A DNA stretch of 19,222 bases from an uncultured Janthinobacterium sp. (GTDB taxonomy: Bacteria > Vulcanimicrobiota > Vulcanimicrobiia > Vulcanimicrobiales > Vulcanimicrobiaceae): positions 5,439-24,660 of the forward strand of contig CAZZXB010000032.1 in assembly GCA_964658025.1 (NCBI GenBank), read 5' to 3'. Numbering within the stretch: the stretch's first letter is position 1; each line of letters starts with the position of its first letter. A model generated the notes under the pieces. That model worked only from the letters and a program-made list of their open reading frames with translations. It searched no databases and was not told the DNA's origin. The position numbers and the translations under genes were made by a program. This document shows positions 8,313-15,217 of the stretch, piece after piece.

Positions 8313-9923
8313 TCAGGAAGCGGCCGCCGCGCCGAGCTCCGCGCTGCCGAGTTCCGCATCGTCGAAGGCGCCGTCGTCGCGCTTGCGCGTCACCTCGAAC
8401 GCGAGCTCGCGCGCGAACGCGCGCCGGAACAGATCCGACTTGAAGCGTGCGGCTTCGATCTCCGGCGCGACGTCTTGTCCGGCTTCGAGCGAGAGCGTCA
8501 CGACGTCGGTCGCGGTGCGAACGCGCAGCGAGGCGACGAGCCCGAGGTGACGGCGATCGAGTCCGTCGGCGAGACGCAGGAGCGCGCCGAGACCCTCGAT
8601 CTTCGCGCGCGCCGCGGGCGCCGCGCCCTCCCATTCCGGGTGCGTCGATTTCGGGAGCGCCTTCCGATGGTACCGGACGAGCGATGCGATGAGGTCGATC
8701 TCCTCCGCCCGCCAACCGTCCAAGCCGGCGTTGCGCACGATGTAGGCGCCGTGTTTGTGATGCGCGCTCGCGGCGACCGCGCGCCCGACGTCGTGCACGA
8801 GCGCCGCCGCGAAGAGCACGTCGCGATCGGCCGGTTCGAACCGATGGAGCTCCGTCGTTCCGTCGAAGAGCGCGACCGCGAGCGCGGCGACGTTGCGCGC
8901 GTGCGGACCGAGTTCGCCGAAGCGACGCGCGAGCGCGTGCGCGGCGTCGAGCCGACGCGCACGCTCGCCGCCGAGCCGGCGCGCGATCTCGGCGTTGCGC
9001 TCGAGATAATCGACGACGATGCCCTCGCGAAGCGCTCGCTCGCTCACCGCGAACGTGTCGCGGCCGAGCGCCTTCGCGACGCCGAGCACGATCGCGTTTC
9101 CGGCGACGATGATGTCGCTGCGGCGCGGATTCATCCCCGGCATCTTGCGGCGCTCCGCGGGCGAGAGCGCGCGCATCTCGTCCTGTAACGCGCGGAGTCG
9201 GTCGACGCGTACGACGTATCCGTGCGCCCGCTCGGGGGTCGCGCCCGACGCCGCCGCTTCGAGCGCCGCGAGTCCGAGCGCCGTCCCCGACGTGCCGACG
9301 AGCACGTCGAAGCGGAATTCGGAGATCTGCTCGGCGACGGGCGCGAGCACGTCCGCGATATGACGTTCGAGCTCCGCGTACCCGCGCGACGGACGGCCGC
9401 CGTCCTCGCGTAAGAAGTCTTCGTAGAGACGGAGGCTGCCGAGCTTCACGCTGTGGAGGAAATACGCGCGCCGTGCGTCGCCGACGATGAACTCGGTCGA
9501 CCCGCCGCCGATGTCGAAGATGCAGCCGACGCGCCCGTCGAGCGAGAAACCGCGACTCACGCCGAGATGGATCAGGCGTGCTTCCTCGACCGAGTCGAGC
9601 ACCTCGATGCGCACGCCGCTCGCCGCCTCGACGGCCGCGACGAACTCGGGGCCGTTGCGCGATTCGCGGACGGCCGACGTCGCGACGGCGTGGATGTCGA
9701 TCGCGCCCGCGGCGCGCGCGGCTTCGGCGAAACGCACGATCGCCTCGACGCCCCGCTGCATCGGCTTCTTCGCGAGCGTGCCCGTGGCGAGCGCGTCGCC
9801 GCCGCCCAAGCGCACCATCTCGCGCGCCTTGAGGATCGTCCGGGAGGTTCCGTATTCGGAATCCATCTCCACGACGATCAGGTGGATCGAGTTCGTCCCG
9901 ACGTCGATCGCACCGAGTAACAT
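8313..9923 (-). CDS. ppx: Exopolyphosphatase / pppGpp phosphohydrolase Ppx/GppA, long form with HD domain
   Basis: AIDVGTNSIHL, VATSAVRES, EEARLIHLGV, FDIGGGSTEF, KLGSLRL, RRSDIIVAG, ALREGIV and HD motif AALVHDVG...HHKHGAY. Confidence 0.96.
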   Translation of the reverse strand: MLLGAIDVGTNSIHLIVVEMDSEYGTSRTILKAREMVRLGGGDALATGTLAKKPMQRGVEAIVRFAEAARAAGAIDIHAVATSAVRESRNGPEFVAAVEAASGVRIEVLDSVEEARLIHLGVSRGFSLDGRVGCIFDIGGGSTEFIVGDARRAYFLHSVKLGSLRLYEDFLREDGGRPSRGYAELERHIADVLAPVAEQISEFRFDVLVGTSGTALGLAALEAAASGATPERAHGYVVRVDRLRALQDEMRALSPAERRKMPGMNPRRSDIIVAGNAIVLGVAKALGRDTFAVSERALREGIVVDYLERNAEIARRLGGERARRLDAAHALARRFGELGPHARNVAALAVALFDGTTELHRFEPADRDVLFAAALVHDVGRAVAASAHHKHGAYIVRNAGLDGWRAEEIDLIASLVRYHRKALPKSTHPEWEGAAPAARAKIEGLGALLRLADGLDRRHLGLVASLRVRTATDVVTLSLEAGQDVAPEIEAARFKSDLFRRAFARELAFEVTRKRDDGAFDDAELGSAELGAAAAS

Positions 9924-9976
9924 GCGGGCACGGCTACTCTGAGGAGCGCACGCGCACCTTGCAGAAGGGCGCGGTC

Positions 9977-11284
9977 GTGATCTGTTGCGCGGGGTATCCG
10001 TTCGTCGCGGGCGGCGACACCACGTTCGAAGTCGACAGCTCGCGCATCAAGTACGGAAGCGGCGCGCTCGCCGAAGTCGGCGCCGAAGCGCGCGATCTCG
10101 GCATGACGCGCGTCGCGCTCGTGACCGATCGGACGATCGCGAAACTGCCCTACGTCGAGATCGTCGCCGCGTCGCTGCGCGCCGCGAACTGCGACGTCGT
10201 CGTCTACGCGGATTCGCGCGTCGAGCCGACCGACGCGTCGTTCGCCGAAGCCGTCGCCTTCGCACGCGACGGTCGCTTCGACGGTTACGTCTCCGTCGGC
10301 GGCGGCTCGTCGATCGACACGGCGAAAGCGGCGAACCTCTACGCGACCTATCCCGACGATTTCGACGCGTACGTCAACGCACCGATCGGCGCGGGAAAGC
10401 CCGTTCCGGGGCCGCTCCGGCCGCACATCGCGTGTCCGACGACGGCCGGCACCGGCGCCGAGGTCACGGGCATCGCGATCTTCGATTACGTCGCGCGTCA
10501 CGCGAAGACGGGGATCGCGTCGAAACGTCTGCGTCCGACGCTCGGCGTCGTCGATCCCACGGTCACCGCGACGTTACCGAAAACCGTCGTCGCGTCCGCG
10601 GGGTTCGACGTGCTCTCGCACGCGCTCGAGAGTTATACGGCGCGTCCGTACACCGCGCGCGAACGACCCTCCGCGCCGAGCGGCCGCCCGTCGTCGCAGG
10701 GCGCGAACCCGTTCTCCGACATGGCGTGTCTCGAAGCGCTGCGCATCCTCGGCGAGCATATCGTCCGCGCCGCGACGGACGAACGCGACGTCGAAGCGCG
10801 CGAGCGCATGATGTACGCGGCGACGCTCGCCGGGATCGGTTTCGGGAACGCGGGCGTCCACGTCCCGCACGCGATGTCGTACGCCGTCGCGGGTCTCGTG
10901 CCGACGTACCGCGCGCCCGACTATCCGGGCGAGGGACCGCTCGTGCCCCACGGCATGGCCGTGATCGTCAACGCACCGGCGGTCGTCCGCTTCACGGCCG
11001 CGACCTCGCCCGAGCGGCATCTCAACGCCGCGCGATTACTCGGCGGCGACGTCCGCGACGCGGGTCCGCGCGACGCGGGCGACGCGCTCGCGGAGCGACT
11101 CGGCGCGCTCATGCGCGCGACGCGCATGCCCAACGGTATCGGCGGCGTCGGATTCGCGACGACCGACGTCGCGTCGCTCCGAGACTCGGCGCTCCCGCAG
11201 CGACGACTGCTCTCCAACTCGCCCGTCGCGATCGGTGCGGGGGAACTCGAGCGATTATTCGCAGACGCGCTCCGTTATTGGTGA
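9977..11284 (+). CDS. Hydroxyacid-oxoacid transhydrogenase (HOT/ADHFE1-like, iron-containing alcohol dehydrogenase family)
   Basis: VSVGGGSSIDTAKAANLY, YVNAPIGAGKPVPGPLRPHIACPTTAGTGAEVTGIAIFD, KTGIAS, FDVLSHALESYTA, GIGFGNAGVHVPHAMSY and VPHG are HOT-subfamily motifs including the Fe ligands. Start GTG 9977 is preferred over TTG 9959 (uncertain). Confidence 0.9.
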   Translation: MICCAGYPFVAGGDTTFEVDSSRIKYGSGALAEVGAEARDLGMTRVALVTDRTIAKLPYVEIVAASLRAANCDVVVYADSRVEPTDASFAEAVAFARDGRFDGYVSVGGGSSIDTAKAANLYATYPDDFDAYVNAPIGAGKPVPGPLRPHIACPTTAGTGAEVTGIAIFDYVARHAKTGIASKRLRPTLGVVDPTVTATLPKTVVASAGFDVLSHALESYTARPYTARERPSAPSGRPSSQGANPFSDMACLEALRILGEHIVRAATDERDVEARERMMYAATLAGIGFGNAGVHVPHAMSYAVAGLVPTYRAPDYPGEGPLVPHGMAVIVNAPAVVRFTAATSPERHLNAARLLGGDVRDAGPRDAGDALAERLGALMRATRMPNGIGGVGFATTDVASLRDSALPQRRLLSNSPVAIGAGELERLFADALRYW

Positions 11285-12117
11285 GGCTCCGTCTCCGACT
11301 CCGGTTCGTACCCGAGCTGGGCGGAGAGATCGGCGGCGATCCGGCAGGCGATCGGCGCGAACTTGAGCATCCGTTCGCGCGTGAGCCGCGTCGTCGGGCC
11401 CGATACCGACATCGCGCCGACGCACGAGCGCAGGCGGTCGAAGATCGGAACCGCGAGACATCGCACGCCGTCCTCCATCTCCTCTTCGTCGATCGAGTAC
11501 CCGGTCGCGCGGATCTCGTCGAGTTCCGCTTCGAGCGCGGCGCGGGTGACGATCGTGCGCGACGTCCGCGCGCGCATCGGCGATGCGAGCGTCGGCTCCG
11601 CGAACGCTCGTTCCTTGAAGGCCAGCAACGCCTTGCCCGTTCCCGTGCAGTAGAGCGGCGCGCGCAATCCCGGAGCCGAGAGCATCTTCACGAGATGCAT
11701 GCTCGCGACCTGATCGAGGAATACGATCTCCTGTTCCGTGACGGTGACGAGGCTCGCCGTCTCGCCCGACTGCCGCATCATCCGTTCGAGATACGGACGC
11801 GCGACGAGCCGTAGGTCGAGATGGAGATCGGCGGCCGTGGCGAGCGAGAACACGCGCGCGCCGAGGTGGTACCGCGACGTCTCGGGATCCTGACGGACGT
11901 AGCCGCGATCGACGAGCGCGGCGAGGAGCCGGTGCACGGTGGAGACGTGCAGGCCGACCATCTGCGCGAGTTCGCTGATCCCGGTCGGACCGCGCCGCGT
12001 CGCGAGCGCCTCGAGCAGGTCGATCGTCCGATCGACGGACTGCACCTTGGGTCGCGCGGAATTCGAAGCGCGCCTGGAGGCGAGTTCACCCGCGTTCGAA
12101 TCCGCACTTTGCGTCAT
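11275..12117 (-). CDS. IclR family transcriptional regulator
   Basis: VQSVDRTIDLLEAL...GISELAQMVGLHVSTVHRLLAALVDRGYVRQD, LYCTGTGKALLA, GYSIDEEEMEDGVRCLAVPIFD and AMSVSGP. Confidence 0.96.
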   Translation of the reverse strand: MTQSADSNAGELASRRASNSARPKVQSVDRTIDLLEALATRRGPTGISELAQMVGLHVSTVHRLLAALVDRGYVRQDPETSRYHLGARVFSLATAADLHLDLRLVARPYLERMMRQSGETASLVTVTEQEIVFLDQVASMHLVKMLSAPGLRAPLYCTGTGKALLAFKERAFAEPTLASPMRARTSRTIVTRAALEAELDEIRATGYSIDEEEMEDGVRCLAVPIFDRLRSCVGAMSVSGPTTRLTRERMLKFAPIACRIAADLSAQLGYEPESETEPHQ

Positions 12118-12136
12118 GCGAAACTCATTTTCGCAA
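12108..12136. promoter_or_regulatory. Candidate IclR operator overlapping the iclR start codon
   Basis: Perfect inverted repeat TGCGAAA-ctcat-TTTCGCA (12117-12135) plus an overlapping imperfect palindrome TTTGCGT-c-ATGCGAA (12108-12122). Confidence 0.5.
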
Positions 12137-12176
12137 CCGCCGCGGGGATAGTCCTGCTCCTCTGGAAGCGGTCACG

Positions 12177-13154
12177 ATGCTCCGCGCCCTTCGCGCGTTC
12201 GCGCGTCTCTCGCGAGCAAAATTTCTCGTCGGCGGACTCGCCGCGGGCGGCCTGGGGACCGCGGGCGCCGGCTACGCCGTCGGCGCCGTCGATTGGCGCG
12301 CGTACGCGCTCGCGCAGGCGACGTTCTCCGCGCTCCACGTGATGGTCCATTTCGCGAACGACTATTTCGATCGCGAGGGCGACGCGCACGGCGTCCCCAC
12401 CCCGTACTCCGGCGGGAGCGGGGTCGTGACGAGCGGCGAACTCCCGCCCGTCGTCGCCCTCGTCGCCGCGCTCGGCGCCGCGGCGTGCGCCGTGCTCGGA
12501 GCGGGCGCGCTCCTCGGCATCGGGCGACCCGAGGCCGCGGCCGTGGCGGTCGGCGCCGGGGTTCTGGCCTGGGCCTATTCCGCTCCGCCGCTACGCCTGC
12601 TCGCCCGCGGTTTCGGCGAACTGGACACGGCCCTCGTCGTGGCGACGCTCGTCCCGCTCGGAACCTTTCTCGCCCAGGCCCGGACGCCGAACGTCGCGTT
12701 CGTGGCGAGCACGCTCCCGAGCGCGGCGGCGATGTTCGCGATGATGCTCGCGGTCGAGTATCCCGACGTCGCGGCCGATCGCCGCTGCGGGAAGCGGAAT
12801 CTCGTCGTACGTCTGGGGATCGGGCCGGCCCGACGACTCGGCGTCGCCGCCGTCGGGCTCGCCTTCGCCGCGACCGCGCTCGCGGTCGTCGGGTTCGGCG
12901 CGCCGCCCGCGCTCGCGCTCGTGCAGATCGTCGCGCTCCCGCTCGGCCTCGGGCTCGCGCGCGCCTTCCTCACTCGGTCGGTCGTCGAAGGCGATCGGGG
13001 CGCGGACGAGGCGCTCGCGGCGCGCGGCGTCGCCTTCTTCTTCGTCCTGACCGTCTGCGCGTTGCTCGCCTACGCCGCGGCGCCCGCGACCGTCCACGCG
13101 CGGCCCGTCGGCCGCGCAACGAACGGGCCCCTCCGTGCGGTCTTGCCCGCGTGA
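12177..13154 (+). CDS. UbiA-family prenyltransferase, MenA-like (1,4-dihydroxy-2-naphthoate prenyltransferase-like)
   Basis: First Asp-rich motif HFANDYFDREGD followed by PYSGGSGV, then AYSAPPLRL...GFGE. Second motif EYPDVAADRRCGKRNLVVRLG. Multiple TM segments. Confidence 0.88.
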   Translation: MLRALRAFARLSRAKFLVGGLAAGGLGTAGAGYAVGAVDWRAYALAQATFSALHVMVHFANDYFDREGDAHGVPTPYSGGSGVVTSGELPPVVALVAALGAAACAVLGAGALLGIGRPEAAAVAVGAGVLAWAYSAPPLRLLARGFGELDTALVVATLVPLGTFLAQARTPNVAFVASTLPSAAAMFAMMLAVEYPDVAADRRCGKRNLVVRLGIGPARRLGVAAVGLAFAATALAVVGFGAPPALALVQIVALPLGLGLARAFLTRSVVEGDRGADEALAARGVAFFFVLTVCALLAYAAAPATVHARPVGRATNGPLRAVLPA

Positions 13155-13384
13155 CCACGCTCCCGCTCGAGACGCGCATCGAAGCCGCCCTCGACGACGT
13201 CCGACCGGCGATCCGCCGCGACGGCGGCGACGTCTGGCTGATCCGCGTCGCCGAGGACGTGGCGTACGTTCAGCTCATCGGAGCCTGCGGCGGTTGCGCG
13301 ATGTCGACCTCGACGCTCAAGGGCGGCATCGAAGTCGCCGTCCGCGCCCGTTGCCCGGAGATCCGGAGCGTCGAGCACGTCTGA
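13151..13384 (+). CDS. NifU C-terminal domain (Nfu-type) Fe-S cluster carrier protein, 77 aa
   Basis: From GTG 13151 (GTGA overlap with the upstream stop): MTTLPLETRIEAALDDVRPAIRRDGGDVWLIRVAEDVAYVQLIGACGGCAMSTSTLKGGIEVAVRARCPEIRSVEHV. Contains the RP...DGGDV and GACxxC motifs. It is the tail of track ORF 12293..13384. Confidence 0.93.
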   Translation: MTTLPLETRIEAALDDVRPAIRRDGGDVWLIRVAEDVAYVQLIGACGGCAMSTSTLKGGIEVAVRARCPEIRSVEHV

Positions 13385-13414
13385 GGCGGGACCGCCGCGC
13401 GGCGGATCCTCGGA

Positions 13415-14824
13415 TCAGGAGACGCGCTTGGCGCGCTGGATCCGTCTCGACGACATGGCGGCGCGTTCGAGCGCGAACCGCATCGCGTTCTTGCCGGCGG
13501 CCTTGGCGGCGTAGAGCGCCCTGTCCGCCGAATCGAGCAACGCCTCCGGCGACTCGCCGTCGCGCGGGAAGAGCGAGATACCGATGCTCGCGCTCAGGAG
13601 ATGGTCGCGACCGCGGACCCGGAGCGGATCGCGCAACGCGTCGAAGATGCGCGCGGCGACGCGCGCGGCGTCCCGTTCGCTACCGACGCCCCGGGCGAGC
13701 ACGACGAACTCGTCGCCGCCCAGACGCGCCGTCGTATCGCTCTCGCGCATCGCGCCGACGAGCCGGCCGCCGAAGGTTCGCAACACGTCGTCGCCCGTGG
13801 CGTGGCCGTAGCGGTCGTTGATCTCCTTGAAACCGTCGAGATCGAGATAGAGCACCGCGAAGTGCAGGTGCGCGGCGGTCCCCGCGGCGACGGCGCGCGA
13901 GATCCGCTCGCGGAGCAGCACGCGGTTGGGCAGCCCCGTGAGCGCGTCGTAGTAGGCGAGGCGGCTCAAGCCGCTCCGACCGATCTCGCGGGCGATCGCC
14001 GCGCCGACGACGTCGCCGACGGCGCGCAGAAAATCGAGCGACTCGCGTGCGAACGCGTCCGGGAGGGGACCTCTCGACCAGAAGCCGATCGCGCGACGGT
14101 GCGGCCCCGCGGCGCGGATCTGCAACCCGACGAATCCGCCTCCGGCGACGAAGGCGACCGGACGGTCGAAGCGGCGGATGCGCTTGACGTCGGCGATCAC
14201 GCACGCGTCCTCGCTTTCCAAGGCGAAGCCGACGAACGTGCTCGCCAGCGCGAAGCACGCTCCCACTTGGGGGAGACTCGCCTCGTCGCCGACGGTCCGT
14301 TCGATCGTGAAGTTCGTGCCGTCCTCGTCGACGTATCCGCAGAAAGCGGAGACGAGGTCGCATTCCTCGAGCGCGAGGCGCATGGCATCGCCGACCGGAT
14401 CGCGCGCCGTCTCGCTCGGCGGGCTCGCGATCGCGTGGAGCGCCTGCAGGCGTCGGGCGTGGACCCGGTAGCGTCGCTCGCTCGCCTGCAACTCGAGGAT
14501 CTCCCGCGAGACCGCGGCGACGGCGTCGGCGGGCGTCCGCCGGGACGCGGCACGGAGGAGCGCGACGTACGTCGCCGCCACGAGCGCACCCGCGACCGAG
14601 GCGAGCGCGAACGACCAGCCGCCGCGGATCTCGTAGGCGAGCGCGATCGTCAGCGCGAGCGAGGCGGCGCCGCAGGCGACGACGAGCGATCCGTTCGCGC
14701 GCTTCGCCAAGCCTTCAGCGGCGACGACGTTCAGCCGAAAACCGAGAACGACGATCCCCGCGAACGCGAGCGACGCCACGAACATCGAGACCAGAGCGCC
14801 GCTCGAGAATGCGGCGAAGCTCAT
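13415..14824 (-). CDS. Membrane-anchored diguanylate cyclase (about 3 TM, coiled coil, GAF, GGDEF)
   Basis: AYYDALTGLPNR, FAVLYLDLDGFKEINDRYGHATGDDVL, RESDTTARLGGDEF (intact active site and RxxD I-site), SASIGIS and ADRALYAAKAAGKN. Hydrophobic N-terminus and GAF-like middle region. No EAL domain. Confidence 0.95.
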   Translation of the reverse strand: MSFAAFSSGALVSMFVASLAFAGIVVLGFRLNVVAAEGLAKRANGSLVVACGAASLALTIALAYEIRGGWSFALASVAGALVAATYVALLRAASRRTPADAVAAVSREILELQASERRYRVHARRLQALHAIASPPSETARDPVGDAMRLALEECDLVSAFCGYVDEDGTNFTIERTVGDEASLPQVGACFALASTFVGFALESEDACVIADVKRIRRFDRPVAFVAGGGFVGLQIRAAGPHRRAIGFWSRGPLPDAFARESLDFLRAVGDVVGAAIAREIGRSGLSRLAYYDALTGLPNRVLLRERISRAVAAGTAAHLHFAVLYLDLDGFKEINDRYGHATGDDVLRTFGGRLVGAMRESDTTARLGGDEFVVLARGVGSERDAARVAARIFDALRDPLRVRGRDHLLSASIGISLFPRDGESPEALLDSADRALYAAKAAGKNAMRFALERAAMSSRRIQRAKRVS

Positions 14825-14937
14825 GATGCGATCCCTCGAAAGACGGAAGCCGAAACGTCGTATCCACCGGCGGCCGACGGGGCCGACGTCGCGAGATCCG
14901 GCGTCTCACAAAAAAATATGATCGGGGTCGTGCTCAT
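14821..14937 (-). CDS. Putative 38-aa leader/small peptide translationally coupled to the diguanylate cyclase
   Basis: TAGGAG RBS 4 nt before ATG 14937; MSTTPIIFFCETPDLATSAPSAAGGYDVSASVFRGIAS*. Its TGA overlaps the cyclase ATG (ATGA). Confidence 0.45.
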   Translation of the reverse strand: MSTTPIIFFCETPDLATSAPSAAGGYDVSASVFRGIAS

Positions 14938-14997
14938 GATGCTCCTACCCCTATCACATCGCAATTGCGTTGCATCACATTCCAACCGAGCGACTCG

Positions 14998-15033
14998 CAT
15001 TCTATCGTGCCAGGCCGGTGGCACGCCGGGATG
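14998..15033. promoter_or_regulatory. Symmetric element CAT-N5-CGTGCCA-N6-TGGCACG-N5-ATG between divergent genes
   Basis: Perfect 7-6-7 inverted repeat at 15006-15025 with additional symmetric CAT/ATG trinucleotides at 14998-15000 and 15031-15033. Confidence 0.55.
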
Positions 15034-15057
15034 ATTTCATGATCGCGGAGGTCGATG

Positions 15058-15213
15058 ATGACGACGATTTTCGAGTGTCCCGATTGTAGGCGCCACCACG
15101 ACGAGCCCGGCGAAGCCGCGTTCGCCCTCGCGGTCCGTTGCTTCGAGTGCGTCTGGCTCGAGGAACGGCGGACGCCCGTCGCGACGGTCCCGATCCGCGC
15201 TCGCGCCGCGTAG
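15058..15213 (+). CDS. Small zinc-ribbon-like protein (51 aa, CxxC-x17-CxxC)
   Basis: GGAGG RBS at 15047-15051; MTTIFECPDCRRHHDEPGEAAFALAVRCFECVWLEERRTPVATVPIRARAA*. GC3-rich codons, and the stop is 4 nt from the convergent neighbour's stop. Alternative ATG at 15055. Missing from the ORF track. Confidence 0.75.
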   Translation: MTTIFECPDCRRHHDEPGEAAFALAVRCFECVWLEERRTPVATVPIRARAA

Positions 15214-15217
15214 ACGC

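Noticed and set aside
8242..8715. Long N-terminal extension of the response regulator (track ORF 7537..8715)
   Set aside because: Overlaps ppx in another frame and is low-complexity. A good RBS precedes ATG 8241.
13392..13405. CCGCC-GCGC-GGCGG hairpin between the convergent nfu and cyclase genes
   Set aside because: Short GC-only stem with no U tract on either strand; too common in this composition to call a terminator.
14910..14916. A7/T7 homopolymer as a phase-variation or frameshift site fusing the leader ORF to the cyclase
   Set aside because: The length change needed to reach the cyclase frame (+1 or -2) gives TTG TGA immediately, so no fusion protein is possible.
14825..15057. c-di-GMP riboswitch upstream of the diguanylate cyclase
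   Set aside because: I could not find the class I (GGCAAACC...GAAA...GGGACGCAAAGC) or class II conserved elements by eye. An Infernal/Rfam scan would settle it.
14896..15087. Similarity between the N-termini of the two divergent small ORFs (MSTTPIIFFCETPD vs MTTIFECPD), suggesting an inverted duplication
   Set aside because: Needs several gaps over about 10 residues, and the nucleotide similarity is not convincing. Indistinguishable from chance.
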